DNA from: Adineta vaga
Taxonomy: Eukaryota; Animalia; Rotifera
Direction of reading: 5' to 3'
Assembly: GCA_021613535.1 (NCBI GenBank)
Contig: CP075497.1
Location: 4,278,001-4,342,000 of the forward strand
DNA length: 64,000 nt
Both the position numbers and the translations under genes were made by a program. The notes under the pieces were generated by a model. It was given only the letters and a program-made list of their open reading frames with translations, made no database searches and had not been told where the DNA came from. Below, one piece after another: positions 1 to 11,698 of the stretch. Position 1 is the stretch's first letter, and each line of letters begins with the position of its first letter.

Positions 1-545
1 CCAAAATTCGTCGGTCGTTCTGTTGAGTGTCCACATAAGCGAGGTGCCCACATAGAGAAGTTTCACTGTATAAATACGACGAATTGATCGACGGCGAATT
101 GATCTAGTGCCATCAGTAGTATCTGGTGCTTAGAAACAGTTAGAGGAACAATACATCGAACATGAAAGTAATATATCTGTAAGCAATTAAAGATTAAAGC
201 TCATCATTTCAGACACAGTTTTAAAAAAGATTAATTAACGATCGCAGTCATGTTAATCAGCACGTATTCACATGCACACGATAATTGTTGATAAATGATT
301 ATCGTTTATTTTAGTAATCTTACATTGGTAGCATGAGTTTCCAATTCAACGAATATCGGACAAACAGATCAAACTGTTTCTAATAAACTATGTATATTCA
401 GATGAACTGTCTCATTAGTATTATTGAATATTTCTACGAATAGCACTCAAGTAGAAATCGATAAGTGATCAATTGATATTAAGTGCACTTAAAGTTCAGA
501 TCGATGGATTGTCACTTCTTTTCGTTTTTACTTAAATTAACGTAC

Positions 546-1553
546 CGTCCAAAGGTGTTGCTAGGAAAGCACTGATGGCACCAGCACCAATTCCCGATGC
601 AAATGAATGGTAAAATGGTACATAATTGCTTCCAGGTGTTTTACCCTGAAAAATAAAATTTTTTAAGAAAACAAAGTTGTTCTTTTCACTTACCTTGTCA
701 TTGAAATAAGCAAATAATGGAAAGTACATCATTGAAAAAACCACATCACGTGTAAACGTTGCTCCAATACCTTTATATAAACCAGAAATACCCTTTTCGC
801 GATATAATTGCATAGCTAACTGTCGAGAATTGAGTGATTTAGTTGAGCCTAGAATTGAAAGAAATAAAAAGTCAATTTCGATGTATATCTTTCGTTTACC
901 TTGAGATTTTGCCATTTGTCGTTGAATCTTAAGTAATTCCATGGGTGTTGTAACGACAATTTGACATGTTCCAGCGCCTGCACCAGCAAGAATTTGTCGA
1001 TGCATTGGAAGTGAACCATCTCTGAATGATGAAGTAATGATTAATGAAATGAGTATCATCTAATTTACTTCGTTTTCAAAGCATGACGAAAAGCATCATT
1101 CGCAACGAGTTTTATCGCTTTTTCGGGAGTAATTAATAAAATATTTACTGCAGAACCTACAAGAAAATAAAAGTCATCTTCTATTTTTTATTTAACAAAC
1201 TAAAACAATCACTAACCACTATACATTCCACGTAAACCTTCACCACGGAAGGTTTTCATTGCACAATCCAAACTAAATAAACGAACATCATTCAAATCTA
1301 TCTTCTATATTCTATTCTATTCTATTTTATTTACATATTTTTATAAAGTGGTGGTTGACCAACTGCTTTTGATTGATTTTGCATTCGAGTTTTTACTAGA
1401 TCGATTGGAAATACACATATTACACCAACAATACCAGCAATACCACCATTTATAATACGTGGTAACAATCTAATGATATATTCAAAAGAATTCTGATTGA
1501 AATTCTCAATAAATAAAAACTTACCCGAAATCTTGATTAGCTCCTGGTGCCAT
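546..1553 (-). CDS. SLC25A22: Mitochondrial glutamate carrier (SLC25A22/SLC25A18 type), multi-exon, 3' end lies left of the window
   Basis: ATG at 1553 (MAPGANQDF). Carrier signatures [60 protein letters not shown]. The last visible exon ends at a GT donor at 545. Confidence 0.9.
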
Positions 1554-1944
1554 TTTGAGACTAGTAGTCTCCTATTTGTTATTGATTTTATTTAAAAACA
1601 AAAGTTCATTTATCAAAAGAAAAATGATCTACAAATAAGAAAGAAAGAAAGATTCTGTTTTTAGATATCTCTGATTTATATACATGAGTATGTTTCTAAA
1701 TCAATGTAAAATGAGCAAATGCACAAGATGCTTAAAATTATACACAAAACAAATAAGTATCACACACACACATGGAAAAAAATAATCAATTGCGCAGTGG
1801 AATGTAAATTTTGAATTTTGTTTGATAAATAGATTCTAGCAAATGAATAGAAATAAAAGAAAGTTCTTTTTTTATGGATTCTTTCTCATGGAATGTTTGT
1901 CAAATGAAAGACAATCAAAATGACAAGAAAGAAAATAGTTATGC

Positions 1945-4900
1945 TTATTTAAGAAATAGTTCTGTGTATTTTGCAATCAGTATTTCGGTAAATGTATTAA
2001 TAAGTGAATAATTTGCTAATGTATTCATTAGATCACCTTCACACCATGCAAGATTAGGTCCGAAGACGATCGATAGATTGGATGTTGTCATTAAATTCGT
2101 ATCTGAATAGTTAGCGACCTAAACAAAAGAGAAAGAAATTGAAGGAAATAATCATTTGCCGAAAGAAACATTTCCGGAAAAATTTAAGTTACTAAAAGGT
2201 ATTCATTTTTCTTTCTTATTCAATTATAATCAATGAGAATACAAAACGTTTAGACCAATCTTACCAGATTGAGAAATTCGATTAAATATTTTAGGACATT
2301 GTAATTCTCTGTTGGTAATTTTTCAATAAGAAGATCACGAATAACATCAACTTGATCAGGTCGTTTCAATGCTAAACAATAAAACAAAAGAAGTTTTCAT
2401 TAGACAACAAACATTCATCGATCAACAAAACAACAATACGAAGATACGTTAATCTTCTTATTGTTTTTGTTGTCTTTCCCGGAATAATAAATTCAAGCTA
2501 AATAAAAGAAGAGTGCAAAACATATTCAATAAGATAAGGTGTACCATATTAAAGTAAAAGAAGACTTGTTCAACTAATAGTTTTGTGCATAATAACGATG
2601 AGAGAGACACACACGACAAGAAAACTAGTACATACTCACTACCTGAGAGACCGAGAAGTTCAGGATATAAACGATAAGTCATTAAAGGTTCTGATAAATC
2701 TCGTAAAAACGTTTTTAAAACACAAGCAGCCAAATGAACATCTCCATACTGTTCAAATACAACCGGTTGACCTAAAAGTTCATCATTGAATAGATATCGA
2801 GAAAAACTAAGAGTTAGTTTTCTTTCAAACCTTCATTATATTTCTGTTGTACTTGTTTAATCAATTGAACAAGTGCAGCTCGTCGAAATATACCTGGCTC
2901 ATTCAGTCCTGTGTAAACATAGATAAGATATCATCATCATTCAAATAACTTCTTTTTATCTACCACTGTTTTTAATATATTCAATTGTTTGTCGAACAAC
3001 CAGTGGAATAGTTTCACCTGGTTCATTATTTAAGATACTAAACAAATTTTTTTGATAGAAATATCAACATTTTCAATGGTATCAATTTACTATTGAAGTG
3101 AAACATGAAATTTAGTTGTTGGTCGAATTTCATTTCGTGATATTTCTGCTGGAATTGCAGGATCAAAACTAAATATTTCGTTAAAATACTTTTATAGTAT
3201 TACAAAATATTTTTCTCGTTTTACTTTTTCACTTCGACAGGTATTCGAATGTTATCTAAATGTACATATTCTTCAAGTTGACTAAGACGATTAATATAAG
3301 TAACTTTTCGTGAAAATTTTGCACTTAAAAAAAACGAGATTTACAAGAGGTTACAAGAAAAAGATCATTTCCAACCTGATTATAGAACGAAGAAATGGCC
3401 AAAGAAATTTAATCCATTTCGTTGGATGTACAATATAAAATGCTTTTAAATTCTTTTTATATCTTATTTTAAAAACAAAAATGCAATTCGAAATTAGTTT
3501 TCAATAGATAATAATTGAAAGGTCTTACTTTCGATCGATTTTAACATAAGCTTTCATCAACCATCCATACGATGGTCGATTATACGAACGTAAACCATGA
3601 TGAAAATAAATAATAACATAATCCATATCCACATATTGATCAAATGTTCTCAAAACATATCTATCATTGAAGAAGAATTTAACTTTTCTTGTAAGTGAAT
3701 TTTCGAAATTACTTTAATAAACAATCATAAAACTTTTGAATTGTTTGAAATTTACTGTTTTTAATCACATCTTCATGCGGTAAACGACATGCAGAACAAA
3801 CAATTGTTTTACGACCAAATTTATCGTCACCACAACATTCTACTATTCCATATTCAGCTATTTTAGCCATTAATTGATAATCCTCATCTTCTGTATCTTG
3901 TAAATCCTTGACAAAACACACCAAACAATACATTCACATGCAATAAAAACTTCTTTAAACTTACTGTTGGTTCATGTCCACCTAATTCAGATTCAAAATC
4001 ATCATCAATAATTCCATCAGATGTTATATTGCCTTTGATTGCACCTCGATTTATCTTTGAATTCGATGCAATTTCGTTTTCGTATGCATCTAAATTCAAA
4101 AAAGAGTTAATTATATATGCACAGACACATACAAAGATTAGTAAAGCAATGAAAAACGAAAGCATTATTTACCACCGCTATTATCCTCATCGCCACTAAA
4201 ACCCAAATCATGTTGATGATCATCATAACCAAGATGTTGCCGTAAATCGGCAGCGTCTAGGAGAAGAATCGTGCAAAAAATATTAGAAGCATTAAAAAAA
4301 AAAATATTAAAACATTTGTTAATGATTATTAATATGATAACCCATAAAGAAAAAAAGCATTAGATATTAGTGAATCTAATTTGAAAGATATGATGATAGA
4401 TTCTTACCATATTCTAATTCATAATCATCAACTTCTGGAGGAAAAAATTCAGGATTTTGTCATGAAAAATTTATTTATTTACCTCGATCAGCAATTAAAT
4501 CAATATGATGTTCATCATATTCAAGTTGTGGAGGATCTTCTATATTTGTTCGTCCTGAAGGGACATTATTCCAATATGGATGTTTGTCTAAATTAAAAAA
4601 AACATAAATTATTATACCGAAATTCTCGTTCCTCTCTCTCTTTCTCATAAAAAAGCCTTGCAGCAATCACAATTGTTACGTTATTTCTTTGAAAATTAAT
4701 TCAATCGATCTAATGTCATATGAAATTTTCTTAATGAGATTTCCAACTGACAATAAAACAAAATAAAGCAGCACTTAAAATGAATCAATCGATGTCCACT
4801 GCATGCATGCATGATTACTCAAGTTGATACAATCATCCAATGAACATAGAATGTTTCTCTTCTCTTCTAGTAAATAAAACGGAAGTCTTAATAATCTATC

Positions 4901-5283
4901 TCAATGTTGTGTTGTTCTAAATGATGTTGATTAGTCGAAGAGAAAGAAATTTCATTCAGGAAAAGATTATTTTCTTACAAGCTTCAATGCCTTAAGGACA
5001 GAAAAATGCATTAGTAAATTATGTTTCAAAGAAAACCAATGTCAAGCAAAATGATGAATACCTTTTTTAATAAAACTTTTCTAAAATCTCAAAAAGTTTT
5101 AAATAAATATAAAAAAATCTTCCTTCTTTCTCTCTTTCTCGTTCTCTTCTAATTACCAGCAGGTAATAAATTCATTGGAATTTCTTGGCATGAATCAAGA
5201 TCAGCAGCTTTATTTGATAAACTGTTCATATTCGGAGCTAAATCATTACTTCTTAAATCATCCGTTTGATCAGCTGATGCCAT
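1945..5283 (-). CDS. ARHGAP1: Rho GTPase-activating protein with BCH/CRAL-TRIO plus RhoGAP domains (ARHGAP1/ARHGAP8 type)
   Basis: BCH segment GDDKFGRKTIVCSACRLP and YKKNLKAFYIVHP. RhoGAP segment GIFRRAA, AACVLKTFLRDLSEPL, NLMTTSNLSIVFGPNLAW. Putative ATG at 5283, stop at 1945-1947. Confidence 0.9.
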
Positions 5284-5487
5284 AATTTCTTTAGCTAATC
5301 TAAAAGTATTCTATGAAGAAATCATTTTATCATAAATACTTTATATAGAAATATATATTTCACCCAAATAAAAAGAAAAACAACAATAACAAGAAGAAAA
5401 GATAAGGATATAGATTAAAAAAAATCACAAAACTGAATTAACCAAAGAAAGTTTTTTCTTCTTTATACAAAACATGCGTTATCATAA

Positions 5488-7177
5488 TTAATTTGTTAAT
5501 GTATCTAAAATTAGAAAAATAAAAAGTTTTGATTTTTTGTTTTTAAAAAAGAATCTTACGTCTTTTTAAGGGACTTGGTCCTTCACACATTTCACATACA
5601 TATTTTCGTGTTTTAATATACGGTTCATTAATATATGTACAAACTTCACATGACCATGGAGAATAGATTCGATCTGTTTCTTCTACAAAGAGCAAAGAGT
5701 GAATTAATTATAAAAGCAAATCATCATTTCTTACCTTGTAATCGTTTTAATTCCTTTTTTAGTTGAGAATTTAGTTCCATTTCATCTCGATATCGAAGAT
5801 TGAAATCAATTTCATCCTGTATTTATAAATAGAATTACACAAAACTTTCTCTTTTATTGTTTATCTTACATTTTCATTTTGTGGTAAATCTTGTTGATAA
5901 TCACGACGATCATTATTCAATGCAATTTCATACACTGTTATTCTTTCTAAATCACGTTTTTGTTCAATAACTAAGAGAAAGAGAATGATCATTTATCAGT
6001 CAGAAAAGAATTTTATTCTACCATAATCAATATCGTTCAATATTGTTCGATCCATATGTGTATGTTGTGGATCATTATTCGAAGAATTTGTTGATGTTGA
6101 AGAATTTGTTGCTGATGCTTGAGTATCTTGAACATTGGTTTCGTCACAGGTTGGTGCAGCACATTCAACACCAGCTCGTGTAGCTTGAACATCTGAATCA
6201 CTATTTGAATCTAAATTATGATTAAATATCTTTATAGAGTTACGTCATTCAGCTCGGAATTTTCTCTTTTAATGAGTACGAAACGGAAAATCTCTGTTTT
6301 CTCTTCCTATAAGAATCTGCTTACGATGCATAATTGGTAATATAGATGAAGAATTTAAGGTTGGTTGTTGTGGTGGTAGTAGACTAGGTGTAGCCGGAGT
6401 TGTTGATAATAAATGAATTTGATTTACATCTAGAGTATCTTCTTCGACATATTCATGTGCACATGGTTCAGCATGACGTGTATGTTGTTGATCATTATTA
6501 TCACCTGGTATTAAGACAAGATCTGAATCCAGTTGATCAATTAATAGAAAACCTCGATTTTTGTCCGCATTATGTCCATCTTTTTTTGTAACTTCATTTC
6601 TGTATGGTGCAAGACAGTGTTTTATATTGGAAATAATTCGACTTCTATTAGGAATTGGTGGAGAAGTGTTAAATGAATTCTGTAACAAAAACAATGAACG
6701 AAAATTAGTTTTTCAATTTCATTTTAATTCACTCACTTACCTGGTCCTCTCTTTCAGTGATTGTATCATCAGATGTAGTTATATCAGATTGATTATTAGC
6801 ACTAATATTATCACCATTTGGACATTGCATAAATTCAAGCATTTCATTTTCATTTGGTGCTTGACTAGAGTAAATGAAAGATAGTATATTAATTTTATTG
6901 AAAGAAAATTCTTTGAAGTAAAACAAACACACTAGCGAGCAATGAGCACCTACCAAATTTCAAAATCTGCCTTATTTAGAATTGCTGAAAGTTGTTTTTT
7001 TGTCGATCGATAATTTTTAAATAAATTCGGCATCGATTTACGATGATGGGAAGTAGTCGAATGATTATTTAATTCAACCCCAATTCTATATAGGCATTAG
7101 TTAATTAGTTTTTTGTATGATTTCTCATAGAGATCAACATACCTTGTATTCGATTGATTTACTAATGATCTCGACAT
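5488..7177 (-). CDS. Uncharacterised protein with short coiled coil and C-terminal NZF/RanBP2-type zinc finger
   Basis: Spliced ORF from ATG 7177 (MSRSLVNQSNTR). Penultimate exon encodes WSCEVCTYINEPYIKTRKYVCEMCEGP, preceded by the helical stretch EMELNSQLKKELKRLQ. Confidence 0.7.
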
Positions 7178-8163
7178 TGTAATAATCGTCGAAAAACAAA
7201 TAATACGTCAAGTTTACAAAGATGTCTTCTTCTCCACCTTTCAAGTAGGTTAATCATACAACAAAATAAAAAATATTTCTAAAAAACAAAACAAAATAAA
7301 TATATCATGCACATTTTGATTCGTATAGAATAAAAGAATACGCTTTTAACGCTACTATCGCTAGATGTATGAATAACAGAGTGTAGCACCTAGGTAAGCA
7401 AGGTAGATGTCGTAGATGCTCAATCATAATATATTATCTTATGATAAATTATTCCTTGAAAACAATCAATATATTGAATATCAATGCAATGAGATCGAAA
7501 GAAGTACGACGTCCGTCTGTGAACATCAATGAATGAAGATAGAAATTTTGAATATAATTTTCGAAGATAAAAACCAATAGAAGCATATGTTTATTCATAT
7601 TCTCAGTTGTTTTCACATCTTAAGGTTATATTACATTCATCGTTCCTTTGACCCTTAGTTCGAAAAATTGATAATAACATTTACTTTTCTTTTCTAAAAT
7701 CCTTTTTAACGGATCTTTTCGTTTGTCGTATATTTCATATACAGATCAAATAAAAAAAACCATCCTAAGTATACAAAGACAGAAAAAGAACAAATCTGTA
7801 CATGTGACAAATGAGCGCGATTATACATACTAATGCAAGGAAAACCGGAGAAGAAACATGACAGAAAAAAAAAGAAATAAGTCAAATCAATCATAGTGAA
7901 ACTAACAAATATCGAGAATATTTCTAATTTGGCAAAAAAAAACAATAGTAGTAAAATATTTCTCGTATTTGTTTTCTTTCTATTTAAAAAATAACGGTTA
8001 TGTTTTCAAAAAAAAAGCAAATGAATAAAATAAAAATAGAATTTTAGACGTTGATGTGTCTTCTTTCTTAAGCATATTTGACTGTGGTAAATCTTGGTTT
8101 CCAACGAAATCAGTATAGCTTTTCTTCTTTCGTTCTAAAATAGTTTAAAAAAATAGAAATTTC

Positions 8164-9441
8164 CTAACCACTATAATCAGGTATGGTCCTTGAAATACAA
8201 TCAAATCGATAGTTTTGTTGATAATTATTATCCCAATATTCAGGACCAACAAACGATTCATAACCAATACAAAATTGTATGTTATTTCCAAGACATATTC
8301 GATTTCGATCGATATCTAATGTAAATGTGAATCGATCAAATGTACCATCAAATGAATCGAGAATATATATCGCATCATAATCATGATAAGAGATCCAATT
8401 GTCCATTGTTAAACGAATTTTAACACGTTTACTCATACCAAATGAAACGATTTTTACTGTTCCATATATTCTATTGTCTATCGCATCTAAATATATGATA
8501 GGATGAATATACATTCATATGAATTCGAAAATACTTACTTGCTTGTTCTAATACCACTTTATGACGTGAAACACGATCATCGAAACCATGAGAATGAATT
8601 GGATTTTCAAATTGTTGTTCTAAGTAAGTGATTGTTTTCATACGTTCTTGAAACATATTCGTTGAACTGTTATCATTACTAATATGTAAATCTTTGAAAG
8701 CAGCACTAGGTACGCGAGGTAATTCATCGGATTTAATGACTTTAATTTGACTTAAATCAAGACCGAAATCATCAGCAAAACGAACATTCTTCTTTGGATA
8801 TGCATCAATTGGATCTATACTTGTTAATTTAACTGATTGAGATTTTTTTCTTTGATAACCTGAATAAATTATTGGTAGAGATGGTCTTGATTGAGCAAGG
8901 GATTGTAATTCATGAGCTTTCTTTTGCGATAGATAAGCTTTACGTTCAACATCGATATCTTCATTCGAACAGGAGAATTTGATTTCTTCGGAACTTCCAC
9001 TTGTATCCTGTTCAGATGTATCATCATCATCATCACATGGAGGATCTGGTGGAGGTGATAATGAACGTCTTTTCGTCGTTGTAACTATTGGACTATCGGT
9101 TTCTGTTATTGAAGTTTCATCAGGAGTTTGTTCTAAAAAACGTTTGGTCAAAACGAAATTTTTATCCCTTTGAAATATTTATTATTCTTACGTGAATTTT
9201 CAGGAGAGTTAGTTGGTTCATGGGATGATACATCGTTGTTATCATCATTATCATCGTCACAATGAGACTGTTCTTCATTTAAACGTTGTTTTCGTTTCGA
9301 ACGAAAAAATCTTGATCGTCTTACACGTGGTGCAGAAGATGTATCAGATGTGGTTGTTTCATCATGTTGATGTGTATCATCATCTACAGTATCATTTATT
9401 TTCGGAATATCCGAAGTTTGGAAGTTTTCTTCAGTCGTCAT
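8164..9441 (-). CDS. PPP1R3: Protein phosphatase 1 glycogen-targeting regulatory subunit (PPP1R3 family, CBM21)
   Basis: RVxF motif KKNVRFADDFGLDL. CBM21 motifs GTVKIVSFGMSKRVKIRLTMDNW and EYWDNNYQQNY. Introns at 9133-9191 and about 8490-8540. Confidence 0.9.
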
Positions 9442-11698
9442 CTCGAAATTTATATGTGAACATGATACCAATCTAAAACTAAAAACAAATATATCAATGC
9501 AAACATATTTTGATTGTTACGTTTCTTTATGACGAAATAAAAGGAAAATAATAACAGGCATATAAATACTAGAACTATCGTACCAGATGATAGGGATACT
9601 TTTTTCTCCTTCGCCTTCTATGTAAAGTCGAGTATCTTAGCCTTTCTTTTCTTTCTGTTCTGTTTTCTGATGCCGTCATCATCAATTTATAGAAAACCTT
9701 CTGCTTAATGATCCATCTTCTTTCTTTATCTCTGAAGAACTCAGAAGAGAAATACTCAAGCATCTTATTCTTTCTGTATTACTCGCTTGCTCGTTTCCTC
9801 ATGTCACTATGCACAACTAATTTGTTTAGTTCATTAATATACAAGGATAGGAAAGAACTAGAAACGAAACGAAACGAAACAAAACAAGGATACGTTCTTA
9901 TCTGTTTGACATAAGCAGAGAACAAAAACAGAAATACATTTTAACACAATCATCAATTTCACAATGAATTCTTGTTTGTTCGTATTGACGAAGAAAAATT
10001 TAAATAATAAACAATGATGTCAGAAGTACCGCTTATTGAAATGTCATTTCTTCATTTAATGTGAATAGAAGCGTAAATCCTTGGTATTTATATATTGTAT
10101 TAAATATTAAAGATATTCAAGCGTAATCATTCTAATGCAAATCAATTAGAAATACGGTTTGATTATTATAAAAACAACGTTTCTTCTTATCTGCAGATAT
10201 ATTTTTTCAAATAAAGTTTTAAATTAATCAGTGCCATACTAATACACACACGAATATAATCTTCGTTAATTAACTATTCATTATGATCCGTCACCATGTA
10301 ATAAAACTTTACTGACATTTCTTTGTACATTCAATATCGCATATTTGTATCATCCGATTTATTATGATAATTGATTTTCATAAACTGTAATAATTTATCA
10401 ACACGGTCAATTAAATAACATCAAAGATTCACTATGAAATGATGAATACATTTATTATCGTGATAAACAATTCAATTCAATAAGTTAAAATTCTTTGATA
10501 GGATCTAATGCAAATTTTATAATTCATTTGTAAGATAAAGCTTTCTATCATTTCATTACTAATCACTATTAATTCAAATAAATATAGTTTCTTTCTACCA
10601 ATTAACAGACAATTGATTAAGCAAGATATTGATCATAAAAACCATCATTCGACAATTTATCTGAAACTAAAATAAAATGATTTATATTGGAATGGAATCA
10701 TTGAGAGCATTCAATTGATACTATATCTAACGAAAAACAAATCTTTTTAGATATTCGTAGAACAAAACAAACATCTAGTGCTAGGTTCATGGATAGAATG
10801 TACCCAATACACAATGAAAGAGAAATGATATGAATCATCATTAGAATCCTTATTCGTTCATAACTATCCAATCAAAATATTGAATACTTATACAAAATAA
10901 CAGTTTTCAAAATTGACCATGTAAAAAATTTTCAAAGCATTCTTCTTCAATGAAAAATTTTGAAATCAAATCAAATTACTCGATTATTTTTCTTGAGTTT
11001 TGAATCGAGTTCCTACGACATTGTGAATGGCAACACACAATAACCTTTTTCTTCATATCGTTTGTACATTCATTCATTCATTCATTCATTCCTCTTTTCC
11101 TCTTTCTTTCTCGTCTCATATTTTGATTTTTCTCCTTTCTTTATCCGTCCGTTTCTTCTTCCAACATCGCGACGTTTTTTTTTCTTCTTCTTCTTTTTGT
11201 TTCGCTATCGTGTTATTTCTCCTTCTTCATCTCATTTTTGCTCTCTCTCCCGGCATCCTCCGCGAAGAAGAGCAAAGAACTGACGAACGGAGAAGCACGT
11301 ACTACGAGTAATGATGACAATCTGAAGCAAGGCAGAAAAAGGATATTTAACATCTGTGCGTATGAGTGAAAAAAAAAGGGATAGACAAGAAAAGCGACGA
11401 GGAAAAAAAATAGGGGCGAAAATGCGGGCCTTTTTCTTCTTCTTCTTCACACACACCCTCTCTCTCTCTCTCTCTCTGTGTCTCTTTCTACCTCTCTTTT
11501 TCTTGTGTTCTGGATTTTCGGAAAAGTCGTGAAAGGAAAAAAAGAGAAAAAAAAGAAAAAACATGACTGTATACGATTCCCAAATCTTGAGTATTACTAT
11601 TTATATCATCTTTGACTGGTTACATCTGTCATTATGCGATCATTTAATAGGAATTTAACAAGATACGAATGTTGTAAAACCGACGAAAACAATAATCC

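Noticed and set aside
11027-11564. Phe/Leu- or Lys/Arg-rich short ORFs here and at about 16181-16772, 25994-26213, 47219-47536 and 58316-58774
   Set aside because: They are translations of low-complexity T-, A-, CT- or GA-rich UTR and promoter sequence, with no domain signal or splice support.
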